This document shows, piece by piece, positions 1 to 11,974 of a stretch of 64,000 nucleotides of DNA (the first letter of the stretch is position 1; every line of letters begins with the position of its first letter). A program made the position numbers and the translations under genes. This stretch comes from Octopus bimaculoides (taxonomy: Eukaryota). The notes beneath the pieces are model-generated. The model did no database searches and was not told the origin of the DNA. It saw nothing but the letters and a program-made list of their open reading frames with translations. The stretch lies in assembly GCF_001194135.2 (NCBI RefSeq), contig NC_068984.1, positions 111,560,301-111,624,300 on the forward strand. Direction: 5' to 3'.

Positions 1-117
1 TCTGCATTACCTCTGGATATCCTTCTTGTTTATTTTGATTTTAATCACATTACTTTGAAATTGTATGGATAATACCATACTAAATTCTGGTACCTCAACT
101 TAAGTACCCTATTCATA

Positions 118-502
118 GGTGCAGGAATGGCTGTGTGGTAAGAAGCTTGCTTCCCAACCACATGGTACTGGATTCAATCTCACTGCGCGGCCCCTTGGGT
201 GAGTGTCTTCTACTATAGCCTTGGGCTAACCAATGCCTTGTGAGTGGATTTGGTAGATGGAAACTGAAAGAAGTATATATATGTTTGTGTGTCTGTGCTT
301 GTGTTTGTCCCCCCACCATCGCTTGACAACCAATGCTGGTATATTTATGTCCCCCGTAACTTAGCGGTTCAGCAAAAGAGACAGATAGAATAAGTACTAG
401 GCTTGCAAAGAATAAGTCCTGGAGTCAATTTGTTCGGCTAAAGGTGGTGCTCCAGCATGGCCACAGTCAAATGACTGAAACAAGTCAAAGAATAAAAGAA
501 TA
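118..502 (+). mobile_element. tRNA-derived SINE, family A, full length
   Basis: tRNA-like head (ggctgtgtggtaag...ggattcaatc), conserved body and (aaagaat) tail; many near-identical copies in this window. Confidence 0.85.
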
Positions 503-532
503 TGTATATATGCATGTGTATGTTTGTGTATG

Positions 533-603
<71 letters not shown>

Positions 604-607
<4 letters not shown>

Positions 608-695
608 TCATCATCATCGTTTAACATCAACTTTCCATGCTGGCATGGGTTGGACGGTTTGACTGAGGACTGGCAAGTCAGGTGGCTGCATTAGA
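604..695 (-). mobile_element. RTE LINE 3' UTR tail fragment
   Basis: (atc)n-cgtttaac...catgctggcatgggttggac matches the 3' UTR attached to RTE coding sequence at 44070-45130. Confidence 0.75.
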
Positions 696-875
696 GTAAC
701 TGCTGTATTTGTTGAGCATATAAACAGTTTGGCTGCTTGTTTCTCTGGAGACTGTCAGAATGGTGTAGACGCCTCTGATGAGAACCCAAATAAGGTTCAA
801 AAATCGAGTAAGGGTGCTCGTTTTTTTCAGTCTGTGAAGATATGGGTAAAATTTGCCCTGTTTATAATTATACCT
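696..875 (+). mobile_element. Penelope-like terminal-repeat fragment with degenerate hammerhead motif (771-814)
   Basis: CTGATGA 775-781, stem II gaacc/ggttc, GAAA decayed to AAAA, palindromic tcga followed by GTA, short stem I cct/agg. Confidence 0.4.
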
Positions 876-883
876 CATGTTAT

Positions 884-915
<32 letters not shown>

Positions 916-1007
916 GATGATGACAAATTTGTTAATTTAATTAAACAGCTTTCATCTAGCAAAACCCAAATGAAATTTTATAAAAATTCATTTTTAATTC
1001 CAGAATA

Positions 1008-1408
1008 GGTGTAAGAGTGGCTGTGTGGTAAGTAGCTTGCTTACCAACCACATGGTTCCAGGTTCAGTCCCACTGTGTGGCACCTTGGGCAAGTGTCCTC
1101 TACTATAGCCTCGGGCCGACCAAAGACTTGTGAGTGTATTTGGTAGATGGAAACTGAAAGAAGCCCATCGTATATATGTATATGTATATATATGTATGTG
1201 TGTATATGTTTGTGTGTTTGTGTTTGTCCTCCCAACATCGATTGACAACCGATACTGGTGTGTTTGTCACCGTAACTTAGCAGTTCGGCAAAAGAAACCA
1301 ATAGAATAAGTACTAGGCTTACAAAGAATAAGTCCTGGGGTCAATTTACTCGACTAAAGGCAGTGCTCCAGCATGCCCACAGTCAAATGACTGAAACAAG
1401 TAAAAGAG
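1008..1408 (+). mobile_element. SINE family A, full length
   Basis: Colinear with 118-502. Confidence 0.85.
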
Positions 1409-1409
1409 C

Positions 1410-3105
1410 ACATTGTTAATAAACTTTCTGATAAGAATACACTCTGAATCTGCCTTCACTTTCAATGACTGCTTCAATGTGGGTCCGGAAACATTGAAAT
1501 GCCTGCACTAAACGGTCTTTGTTTATTTAAAACATCACCTGGACAATGGCAGCCTTCAGTGATGCTATGGTATTGCGAGGATGTTGATTACTCACCTTTT
1601 CAACAACTACCTAAATGTAGTAGTTCAGGAGATTTAAATCTGGTAAGCTCAGAGGTCATGAGTTTAGTGTTACATGATCATAAGGATTGTCTGACACCGA
1701 TTTTTTGCATTATATGGATCTTGTGAGAATGTACTGAGTTTTGTTAAAACGTGTGTAACCTTCCACTGCATATCTCATCCATTCAGAGCTTAGCAACTGT
1801 CTCCAACATCTCAATGTAACCAGTAGCATTAATTTTAAGAATCCATGGAAAGATGTGAGGTAACATGGTATGACTTTTGCTGCTAAACTCTCCTAAAACC
1901 ATCACAGTTTCTGGGAACTTAGTGTACATCACTCTGGGGACATCAGAAGCTCTACACATAATCATCTATCATTTCTTCTGTTAGACTTTTAGTCTTGGTC
2001 AAACTTTTTCTCATCTAAGAAAGAACCAAAGCATACCATGTTAGTGAGGGCTTTTAACCTTGTTAAGCCAAGCCAAGTGAGACCTAAATTCAAGGCCTCT
2101 GCCAGGGGTGTAGCCAGTCCACTTATGCGTACCTTCCTTCATTGGACACTAAACTCCGCTTGCGAAGACCTGTTGAGGCAAGTGAAATCGAAATCGAACT
2201 AAATTCAATGACTGGCACCCATGCCAGCGTCGTCTCCTTCATTGGATACGAAACTTGGCTTGCAAAGACCTGTTGGGGCAAGCGAAAGCGAAATCGTGAT
2301 AGCACCTGTGCCCAGCGTTGCCTTCCTGGCACGTGTAAAGACATTTGAGCGAGATTGTTGACAGTGCTGCCGGACTGGCTCGTGTGCAGGTGGCACATAA
2401 AATACACCATTTTGAGCGTGGCCATTGCCAGTACCGCCTGACTGGCCTTCGTGCCAGTGGCACATAAAAGCACCCACTACACACTTGGAGTGGTTGGCGC
2501 TAGGAAGCACATCCAGCAGTAGAAACTCAGCCAAATCAGATTGGAACTTGGTGCAGCCATCTGGTTCACCAGTCCTCAGTCAAATCGTCCAACCCATGCT
2601 AGCATGGAGGGCAGATGTTAAACGATAATGGTGATGATGATGAAGTAACCGCTTGGTAATGGTCAAATAGTTTTCCTGTGTTTTTGCAGACATAATTTGG
2701 CCCCATCTCAGTACATACAATGTGTATGAGATATCCCTGTGTGTGTACAGTGCTAATAACTCACTCTGTCACCTGCAGTCCATTGATTTCTCAGAATCAT
2801 CATCAATGATGTTTTAAACCTATTGGATGAATTGAAGTGTCCTTGTAGTGTTCAAATGTTAGAACATGCTTTGCTCTTTAATGTAGTTGAAACATTCCAA
2901 TCAGAAGCTTTCAGTTCCAACCCAAACTTTGTGTACAAAAGATCATGTGACATTTTGAAAGTATGCAAGGATCACATGTCTTTTCATTTCTCCTGTTATC
3001 ATTTTATCTGCCATGAAAGATCTCATAGAAATAAAAATCTTTTAAAAGGGCTCAGAAGAGCAATACACTGGCAATTAAACATCCTCAAATACACCTCACA
3101 GGTTT
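1410..3105 (-). mobile_element. Decayed DD37D (maT/Bmmar1-like) Tc1/mariner transposon
   Basis: Minus-strand translation with stops: MKRHVILA..., RWGQIMSAKTQENYLTITKRL|LNK...GMLWFF, VPRVMYTKFPETVMVLG...HIFP, HPRNTIASLKAAIV...FRTHIEAVIESEG. Interrupted by an RTE tail at 2069-2643. Confidence 0.85.
2069..2643 (+). mobile_element. 5'-truncated RTE LINE (3' UTR only) nested in the DD37D element
   Basis: Ends in (gat)n; splits the transposase between KRL and LNK; same family as 29062-29835, 32385-32820 and 44070-44480. Confidence 0.85.
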
Positions 3106-3360
3106 TGTATACATATATACACTCATTCATATACTGAGATAGGTTTACTTATTCAGAAAAATAACCATGGATTAAAAAAGAACTCAATACTGATAATTAA
3201 GAACTGAGTATGATATAAAATCTTTTTTTTTTTATTTTAGTGTAAATCTAAATAACATTTTTTAAAAATCAATCTTTTCATCTTACGAATTGTCATTTTA
3301 TTCTAGCAATTCATAAATCTTTCATAAGTAATTTACTTTTAAGCAAACTATAAACTCGTG

Positions 3361-3408
<48 letters not shown>

Positions 3409-5265
3409 CTGTATGCGTGCTTGCTTCTTAGTGTGCTAGTATGTATGTCTGTGATATATGTTAAATATATTTGCAGACATACTTCATTAAATACTCAAGT
3501 GAAATAGATTTATGTATTTATAAGTTTTACATGTTTAAGTGTACATGTATGTATGTACTTATATATATATGTGTGTGTGTGTATGTGTGTGTATATATGT
3601 ATATAAATATATATGTATATTTATATAGATATATATATATATATATGTACATGTATATATTTGCATGGTGGTATATATACATGTGTGTGTATGTATGCAT
3701 GTATATATAAGTATATACATATATACACACACATACATACATGCAATAAAATTAAATTTAGATATGAAAGAGCTAATGGAATGGAGGAAGTGGCCAGGGT
3801 TAGTTATTAATATGTCTATATGACAATCTTTGACTGCATATGTAGATGTCTAAAAATAGGTATGTGTATATGTATGTATGTATGTATGTATGTGTATGTA
3901 TATATACATATATAGAGAAAGAGATAGACCTATGTGTTGGTGTACTACATATCTGTGTGTGCAAATATATATGGCGTATGTAACTATTTCATAACTATCT
4001 ATATTCATATACATATACATACAGTGTGTATATGTGTGCATTAGTGTGTGTGTGTGTGTGTATGTACATATGCTCTTTGTTTCATGATAGGTGCAGCATT
4101 TGAAATAATGGTTTTTATATTTTTTCATATCAACTCACGTTTCATGTTCAAGCGAAGATATCTAAATTTGTTTAGGATAAAAGCAAAGTCTAATCATCTT
4201 GTTCAGTCAACAAACAGTGTCAGTGAGTACCAGGAATGTGACTGACAGTAATTTATGAGATATCATGAGAAATGCCATATCTGAAAGTAAGTATAAATTT
4301 TTGGTAGGTGAGGTAACTAAGATTTAGAGTAAGCTATGTCCTTTTGGAAAATCTATAAAGATTGATATTAAAATTATATCTAAATTTCAATGTTGATGTA
4401 TTTGTAAGGTTTTGGGGATGTGGAGACAAAAACAGGGGAATTTTGTAAACAGTTATATGAATTTTTTAAACTATTTTGTATAACTCCAGAAATAATAGTG
4501 TTACTGTATAATGATATTGGGATGATACTGATTTTTGTTTGATGTCTAAGTGCTGAAGATTTTAAGACAAGAAAGTAAAAAGTGCAGGCTGTTTCCTTCC
4601 AGATCTATGGTGTGTGTGGTACTGCTAATTTGGTGGGGAAAGGGTAGGATTTACCAGATGGATAGAAATAATTCATCTGCATAAATACACCTGATGAATA
4701 TCTCTGTTTTGTAATGTAGACAATTCCCATTCCTCTTTGAATTAAGTAGGAAGTGTATTCTTTCTATTTTGCAACGACCAACTTTTCTTGCTTTGTTTAC
4801 ATATGACTTCGATTTTCAATGACGTTTTTAATACTTTACTCAACGTTCCAGTTTAGCATTTATCAAATTTTATTTACTAGTGATTGGAATTTGTTTTATT
4901 TGTGTCTAAAAGTGATTCATGGTTATAAAGTCTTTCTTTGAACACTCCCTTGTACATGCCAATGTATATCTTTTACTTGATTTCAACCAGCTTTGTTTGA
5001 GGTATCTTCATTTTCGCATTTTGAATGCTTGGTCAGATAAAATAGACAATAAATATGATCACAAATTTTCATACGATATAAAATTTTTAATACTATAAAC
5101 TTTATATGAAAAATCTTAAAATAGTATAACAAAACTGTTTGTTTATATACATGTATGAGAGTGAAGCTCATTTACAACCATTACATGATGTCAGAACATG
5201 AGTACACAGATACACGCAGTCACACACATGCACACACACACACACACACAAACATTTATATATGA

Positions 5266-5402
5266 TGGCCTTCTTTTAGTTTCTGTCCCACTAAACTCAC
5301 TCAGAAATAAGACACTTGACTAAAGTTCCCATGGTAGAATTGATTTTGAGGCAACATGGATGGGTAACAAGCATTTTAGCCACACATCCATTCCTTCACC
5401 TA
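5266..5402 (-). mobile_element. SINE family A, partial
   Basis: ggccttcttttagtttctgtc... is a degraded reverse complement of the family A head. Confidence 0.6.
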
Positions 5403-5403
5403 C

Positions 5404-5444
<41 letters not shown>

Positions 5445-5446
<2 letters not shown>

Positions 5447-6044
5447 ACGTTGTAGTATATTGTCAACTTAATGTGACAATCCCAAGAAGGGAATATACTA
5501 CTGCCGTTTAGCCCTAGGAAGCTGGACCGCTTCCTGTCAGCCTTGACACAATTACTATGTCCTTAAGTTTGCGAGGGGGAGACAAACTCCTCCACCCAGC
5601 CTAGCCAGCATTCAGGGACATGTTTCTGAGCCTTTGTTCGTCATCAGCCTGAAGTAGCCTGCCAACTGGTTGAAGAAGTTTGTCTAGCTCTTGCAACTTA
5701 TATAATCATAGTGAAGTTTATTCACTGATTAGCAAAATTAGAAATATTATATTTCTAAATCTCTCAGAGAGATTTAAGCAGTAGTGGTGCGATAACGATG
5801 TAGTATATTGTCAACTTAATGTCAACTGAATGCTGGCTAGGCTGGGTGAAGGAGTTTGTCTCCCCCTCGCAAACTTAAGGACACAGTAATTGTGTCAAGG
5901 CCGACAGGAAGCGGTCCAGCTTCCTAAGGCTAAACGGCAGTAGTGTATTCCCTTCTTGGGATTGTCACATTAAGTTGACAATATACTACAACGTTATCGC
6001 ACCACTACTGCTTAAATCTCTCTGAGAGATTTAGAAATATAATA

Positions 6045-6051
<7 letters not shown>
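5445..6051. mobile_element. Hammerhead-containing retrozyme/Penelope-like unit with inverted partial copy
   Basis: 30-bp direct repeat 5445-5474 and 5793-5822 (period 348 bp); 5826-6051 is an inverted copy of 5445-5615 and 5738-5822; (TA)n on both flanks. Confidence 0.75.
5611..5653 (-). ncRNA. Type I minimal hammerhead ribozyme motif
   Basis: Minus strand reads ttcagg-CTGATGA-cgaacaaaggctca-GAAA-CAT-GTC^-cctgaa. Stem I is a perfect 6 bp; stem III is the palindrome ACATGT; stem II is weak. Confidence 0.7.
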
Positions 6052-6077
<26 letters not shown>

Positions 6078-6425
6078 NNNNNNNNNNNNNNNNNNNNNNN
6101 NNNNNNNNNNNNNNNNNNNNNNNNNNNNNNNNNNNNNNNNNNNNNNNNNNNNNNNNNNNNNTTTTCACCTTGTTTCAAATTGTTTCAAAAACAATTTGAA
6201 AAACCTACACGACTAGGTGAAAAGCGCTTCATTTAATATGTGACATTAATAAAAATCTGTAAATGTACAAACATCCAGGTTTCTGAGTACCTTAATTAAA
6301 AATTTTTTTCTATATAATTTCTGTACATCACCTCCAAACCTTCAAATATATATATATATATCTATATATATATATCTATATATATATAGATATTGGCTAA
6401 ACTGGCAATATGACCATCCCCAAGT

Positions 6426-6461
<36 letters not shown>

Positions 6462-6462
<1 letters not shown>

Positions 6463-6500
6463 CTAGCAACTAAACCCGGTTTCACCCGGTCGGTTTGGAT
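6462..6500 (-). mobile_element. Probable Helitron 3' terminus
   Basis: Minus strand has a ccgg-gtgaaa-ccgg hairpin about 8 nt upstream of CTAG-T, next to a (TA)n tract. The 5' end was not located. Confidence 0.45.
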
Positions 6501-7129
6501 GATGTGACTGTAAAACCCTGCTCTGTGTAAGGCATGCTTACATTAAAAAACAATTTTAGAATAACTTTTTCTGTCAAAATGCTAAAAACAACTGATCAAC
6601 AGAAAAAAAAACAACCAAGATTCAACCAAATCAAAAAATAAACCCAAATACTAAGCGAACAAAGATGAACTATCCCACTTCCATTGCATGTGCACTCACA
6701 CACACACATTCACATACCCCCCTTTTACATACACACACATATATTCACACAGAGTTGAAACGCTGTATGATTTATTTTTTCAGCATACAATTTTCATCAT
6801 CCTACTACCAAGTATGACATCACCCCTTCCTTTCTTATTCATCGATCTAGTATTGGACAAGGATTCAGGATTATTTTTCTTGCTTTTTTTAACTTAATTT
6901 TTGAGAGCGGTGAGGTTCATTTTTAGTATTCTTAATTGTGAGAACAGTCAAGTTTATATCAGATATTCTCATTTTAAAAATCATCTCTGAATAATTGTTG
7001 AGAGGAGTTGGTGTTGCCTTGGTGGAGGTTTGCCCTCTCTGAGTGCTCGTTATTATTATTATTATCACATTTTTCATTTATTCTTTTACTTTTTTTAAAT
7101 CCTCTACTTCAAACACTCATATATCAAAA

Positions 7130-7185
7130 TCAATCAGTGACCACCATCATCATTCTCCTCCTCCTCCTCCTCCTCCTCCTCCTCC

Positions 7186-7216
<31 letters not shown>

Positions 7217-7229
7217 TATTGTTGTTGTA

Positions 7230-7265
<36 letters not shown>

Positions 7266-7425
7266 GTTATTATTGTTATTATTATTATAGTTGTTATTAT
7301 TGTTATTATTATTATTATTATTATTATAGTTATTATTATTGTTATTATTATTATTATTATTATAATTGTTATTACTATTATTGTTATTATTATTATTGTT
7401 GTTATTATTATTATTATTCTCATCG
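7130..7425. repeat. Compound (CAT)/(CCT)/(TAT)n microsatellite
   Basis: Seen directly; source of the poly-I/H/Y/N pseudo-ORFs. Confidence 0.95.
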
Positions 7426-7430
7426 TTATT

Positions 7431-7545
7431 AAGGTGGTGAGCTGGCAGAATTGTTAACATGCCAGGCAAAATGCTTTGAGGCATTTCGTCTGTCTTTACG
7501 TTCTGAGTTCAAACCCCACTGAAGTCAACTTTACTTTTCATCCTT
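7431..7545 (+). mobile_element. SINE family B, partial
   Basis: ggtgagctggcagaattgttaacatgcc...ttctgagttcaaa...tttcatcctttt. Confidence 0.8.
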
Positions 7546-7559
7546 TTGGATAAGATTTA

Positions 7560-7950
7560 GTCTCTGGAGGAGAGACACTGCTCATAAACTTTACAAAAGC
7601 CCGTCTCCAAGATTGGTGACGAAACAGAGGAAGTACAAATCTTTGGTTGCTTCTAATCACTGCATTGATGGTAAAAAAATTAGCCTTGATAAAACTCAGC
7701 AGCTATGGATGGGCCTGGTAGCATATGAAACAGTCTACAGAGGAGAAATTCTGGGAATAAAATCCTTGTCATATCTATTAGTGGACTCCCACAGGAACAA
7801 AATGAAAAGGGAGAATTAATGAAAATAATCAGAGCTCCATGCAGGGAAGATGCAATGGGAAGCAAAGCCTCAAGATATCTATCATTCTTGAATAAAGAAC
7901 AGATCTCAAACATTGTATGGATTCTTGAGTGGGTATTTCTAAAGGCATTC
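7560..7950 (+). mobile_element. Possible decayed RTE-type reverse-transcriptase C-terminus
   Basis: Broken translation ...WTPTGTK*KGR resembles RTE W-T-P-x-G-x-R-x-R-G-R-P; many stops. Confidence 0.35.
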
Positions 7951-7954
7951 AAGA

Positions 7955-8690
7955 TTTAGATGGTGATGGTGGTGGTGGTGATCATATTGGTGGTGATTGT
8001 GTTGGTGGTCCTGGTAGCAATGCTGGTCATGCGGATGGTCGTGGTGGTGGTCATGACGGTCCTTATGGTCATCATGATGTTAGTGGTGGTGAGGTGATGA
8101 CAGTCATTATGGTTGTCATGGTGTTGGTGTGGTTGTGGTGTTGGTGGTGGTGGTGGTGGTGGCGTCAGCGTCGGTGATGGTGGTGGTGGCAGCGNNNNNN
8201 NNNNNNNNNNNNNNNNNNNNNNNNNNNNNNNNNNNNNNNNNNNNNNNNNNNNNNNNNNNNNNNNNNNNNNNNNNNNNNNNNNNNNNNNNNNNNNNNNNNN
8301 NNNNNNNNNNNNNNNNNNNNNNNNNNNNNTGGTGGTGGTGTCAGCGTCGGTGATGGTGGTGGTGGTAGCAGCGGCGATGGTGGCGGCAGCGGTGGTAGTG
8401 GTGGCAGCAGAGGTGGTGGTGGTGGTGGTCATGCTTGTGATAGTGTTGAGGGATGATGATGAAGTGGTAGCAGTCATTGAGGTTGTGTTGGTGTTGCTGT
8501 TCTTGGTGGTAGTGGTGGTGGTCGTGGTGGTAGTGGTGAAGTGGTCTTCACAGTGGTGTTGATTGTAGTAGTCATGGTGGTTGTGGTCATGATTATAATC
8601 ATCACAATCATCATGGTTGTGGTAGTGGTGGTTGCAGTGGTGATGGTGGTAATGGTGATGGTCATTGCATTGGTGTTAGTGGTGATGTTA
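7955..8690. repeat. (GGT/GAT)n low-complexity tract spanning an N gap
   Basis: Seen directly; near-identical ~35-bp sequence on both sides of the gap. Confidence 0.9.
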
Positions 8691-8794
8691 AACTAAGAAT
8701 CAGAGTAAAAGCTCATTAGCATCATTCCTTATAACATCCTCTTAACGAATTGCCTTCTCTCTAATTGAGCTTTCTAATTTATAAGTGTAAAGCT

Positions 8795-9075
8795 GGTAAT
8801 TTAGAAGGGTGGGGCTTAGTTAATACTATCAACCCTAGTAAATGACTGGTACTTTATTCTGGTATCTAAATTAGACACAAGACAAGAAATATTATGCCGC
8901 TGGGGCACAACCAAGGGCTCATTGATTACATTGGTTAACTGGTACCTTATTTTTTTGACCCTTGGAAGGATGGAAGGCAAGGTTTATCCCTGCGGGATTT
9001 GAACTCAGAATGTAGAGAGGCAGAAAAAATACCACAATGCACTTTTACTGTTTCTCTAATAATTCTGCAACTCAT
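8795..9075 (-). mobile_element. Two degraded SINE family B copies
   Basis: ctggtaccttatt...ggaaggatggaaggcaagg...gatttgaactcagaa. Confidence 0.65.
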
Positions 9076-10284
9076 TGCCATGTAGTGTTCTTCTAATGAC
9101 ATTGATATGATTAATTACTTTATTACAAACCCTGCTCAAATCAGATGTGTCTGCAGCTAGCCATGTGATGACCTCACTTGTTCTTAGAGGTCACCTAAAA
9201 GTCCTGCAAAGACCTCAAAAAACTCAAACAAAAAAAAAATAATAATATAATGATAATAAACAAAAGAAAGGAAGTTCCGGGAAGGATATCCAGCAAGAAC
9301 TTAGCACACCTTATTGTTAGAAATAAGGAATGATTAAGTCCTAAAAGAGACAATCATTGGTTGCATGTTAATCTCAACCAAAATGGAAAATTGTAATTGA
9401 TTCTTGCCAACTTTGACCATTAATGAATCTCCGTGAATTCTTCTGATTATTATCTTCGGTTGTACGCATAAATATAGTATAAGCAAAGTAGATAAATATA
9501 TAAATAAATAAATAAATAAATAAATAAATACATAAACAATCTCTTTACTCCTATGCTTTACACATTCATCTCAGCCTCTGCTCTGCCGTCTCAGCCACCA
9601 CCTTAAGCGTTACTCCCACCAATCCATTCTATCACAGTTATTACCACTGTTGCTTCCTTTCACCACCACCACTACTACCACCACCATCACCATTGCATCG
9701 CCTCTGCTACCACCATTGTTACCAACAGCTCTGCTGCCACTGCCACCACCACTGCCAGCGCCTCTGTCACCACCACTACCTCTACTGCAACAATGCACTG
9801 CTATCTCCTAGGACATTCCTGCCGGAATAACTGAGCTAAGCCAGACTATCAACAACAACAAAAACAACAACAACAATGAAAACAAACAATGGCAAGAACA
9901 AAACGGTGGCAAAGGAGGGTGGTTGGAGGGAATGGGCGGCTCGAAAATCAGAAGTTAGCAAAAATAAAAAAAAAATAAAAAATAAAAATAATGATAAAAA
10001 TAAATGCAATAAGCAGAAAAAAGAGAAAAAGATAAAGATAGCGGAAAGTAAAACTGAGAAGGCTACTTGGAGAAGTAGGTCAATAATCATAACAACATCC
10101 CAGAAACTGGACAGACAGGAGAACGTTGTTCTATGGATCGTATTGATCCAGGCTGGTACCACTACTGCTGCTGCTACTACTACTACTACTGCTATTCCTG
10201 CTACTACTACTACTACTAATAATAATGATAATAATAATAATAATAATAATAATAGTAATGATAATAATAATAATGATAATAATT

Positions 10285-10493
10285 TCTACTATAAGCACAA
10301 GGCCTGAAATTTGGGGGGAGGGGGCTAGTCGATTAGATTGACCCCAGTACACAAACTGGTTCTTAATTTATCGACCCTGAAAGGATGAAAGGCAAAGTCA
10401 ACCCCGGCAGAATTTGAACTCAGAGTGTAGCGACGGGCAAAATACCGCTAAGCATTTCGTCCAGCATGCTAATGATTCTGCCACCTCACAGCC

Positions 10494-10495
<2 letters not shown>
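10285..10495 (-). mobile_element. SINE family B
   Basis: Reverse complement of 19346-19580. Confidence 0.85.
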
Positions 10496-10532
<37 letters not shown>

Positions 10533-10535
<3 letters not shown>

Positions 10536-11071
10536 GCCCTGATGCAGTACCAGGCAGTGACTCTCATGGCTTCTGATCTTAATTGTTTGGAAGTGTTATC
10601 TTGTACATTGTTTTGTCTTGGTATAAAAAATGGGCTACAACAAATATTCAGCTCAATACCACAGATAAACAGTGCATGACCTCACAGGTGGGGCCCAATT
10701 AGAATTTTCTCCAGGTCGAGTAGCCCATCCCACTCAAAAGGTCCCTGAGTAAGGTTTGTTTAGGGATGTTGAATGAAACACCCATGTTTCCAGAGGTGAA
10801 TTATTGAAATCTCATAGAATTCCTCTGAATATATGACTATGATGCTCCCCCACTACTTCTGCTCTTGATCAAAGATGCACATATTGTCAGCCACCAAGGG
10901 ACATGCTCAACCAGTTAAGGTCAAACAACTGACAAGCAAATCTCTGGTATTGAGCAGAATATTTGCTGCAGCCCATCTTTTTATACCAAGACAAAACAAT
11001 GTACATGATAACACTTCCAATCAATTAAGATCAGAAGCCATGAAAGCCACTGCCTGGTACTGCATCCGGGC

Positions 11072-11074
<3 letters not shown>
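10533..11074. mobile_element. Non-autonomous (TAA)n-flanked element (family D), fold-back rearranged
   Basis: 10533-10666 is an inverted copy of 10940-11074; (aat)n on the left and (tat)n on the right. Confidence 0.85.
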
Positions 11075-11108
<34 letters not shown>

Positions 11109-11111
11109 TAA

Positions 11112-11592
11112 AGTTTATGCCACAAGCGCTGCTTGGGGGAGATGGGGATGTGTCAATTACATCGACCCCAGTGTTCCACTGGTACTTATTTTATTGATTC
11201 TGAAAGGATGAAAGGTAAAGTCTACCTCAGTGGAATTTGAACTCAGAATGTAGCAATGGACAAAATACCACAAAGCATTTCATCCAGCATACTAATGATA
11301 TTATTATCCTATAGTAGAAAGGATAATAATAATAATCCTTTCTACTATAGGCACAAGGCCTGAGATTTTGGGAGAGTGGGTGAGTCGATTACATCGACCC
11401 CAGTATTTCACTGGTACTTATTCTATCAACCCTGAAAGGATGAAAGGCAAAGTGAATTTGAACTCAGAAGTGAATTTGAACTCAGAAGTGAATTTGAACT
11501 CAGAAGTGAATTTGAACTCAGAATGTTCTGACAGGCAAAATACCACTTAACATTTCGTTTAGTGTACTAATGATTCTGCTGGCTCACCACCT
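11112..11592 (-). mobile_element. Two tandem SINE family B copies; the second has a 4x18-bp internal repeat
   Basis: (gtgaatttgaactcagaa)4 at 11452-11523. Confidence 0.85.
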
Positions 11593-11618
11593 AATAATAA
11601 TAATAATGTTGATAATAA

Positions 11619-11950
11619 TAACAAGAGCACTCAGAAAGTGCAAATCTCTGCCAACATCCTCTTAATGATTAGCCAGAGATGATTTTTAAAACAAGAATAT
11701 CTGAAATAAAAACTCGACTGCTCTCACAAACGAGAATACTAAAAATGAACCTGACTGCTCTCAAAAATTGATTAGAAAAAAACAGAAAAATAATCCAGAA
11801 TCTTTGTCCGGTACTGGATCGATCCCAAAATCTAATCAGTTCATGCCAGTCATGAATCCATTCAGTGGTTCTTGAGATATCTTGTCCACGGACAAGCAAA
11901 CAAATGTGACTGAAAAACAATACCTCCGCCTTCGTTAAGGCAGAGGTAAT
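11619..11950. mobile_element. Helentron-associated non-autonomous element (HINE/DINE-like)
   Basis: Subterminal motif (a)cctccgcc at both ends; terminal stem-loop acctccgccttcgttaaggcagaggt; the other end is taacaagagcactc. Confidence 0.6.
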
Positions 11951-11974
11951 AATCATGATGATAATAATATAGTT

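Noticed and set aside
1499-1726. Plus-strand ORF with a gtaagc donor
   Set aside because: It is the antisense of the transposase C-terminus.
2823-3137. 104-aa plus-strand ORF with apparent splice sites
   Set aside because: It is the antisense of the DD37D transposase N-terminus.
4549-4590. CTGAAGA...GAAA motif, and similar ones at 17074, 54441 and 59790
   Set aside because: Stem I, stem II or the GAAA core is missing; treated as chance matches.
7008-7484. Long poly-I/H/Y/N ORFs, and similar [12 protein letters not shown] and LSLS ORFs throughout the window
   Set aside because: These are translations of microsatellites or N gaps, open on several frames and both strands.
8150-8375. Repeat of gtcagcgtcggtgatggtggt across a gap
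   Set aside because: Probably overlapping contig ends within a low-complexity tract.
10533-10620. Possible HDV-like ribozyme at the family D 5' end
   Set aside because: Manual folding gave a plausible P3/L3 but no clean P1/P2; it needs a descriptor search.
11452-11523. CRISPR-like repeat array
   Set aside because: Contiguous tandem units without spacers, inside a eukaryotic SINE.
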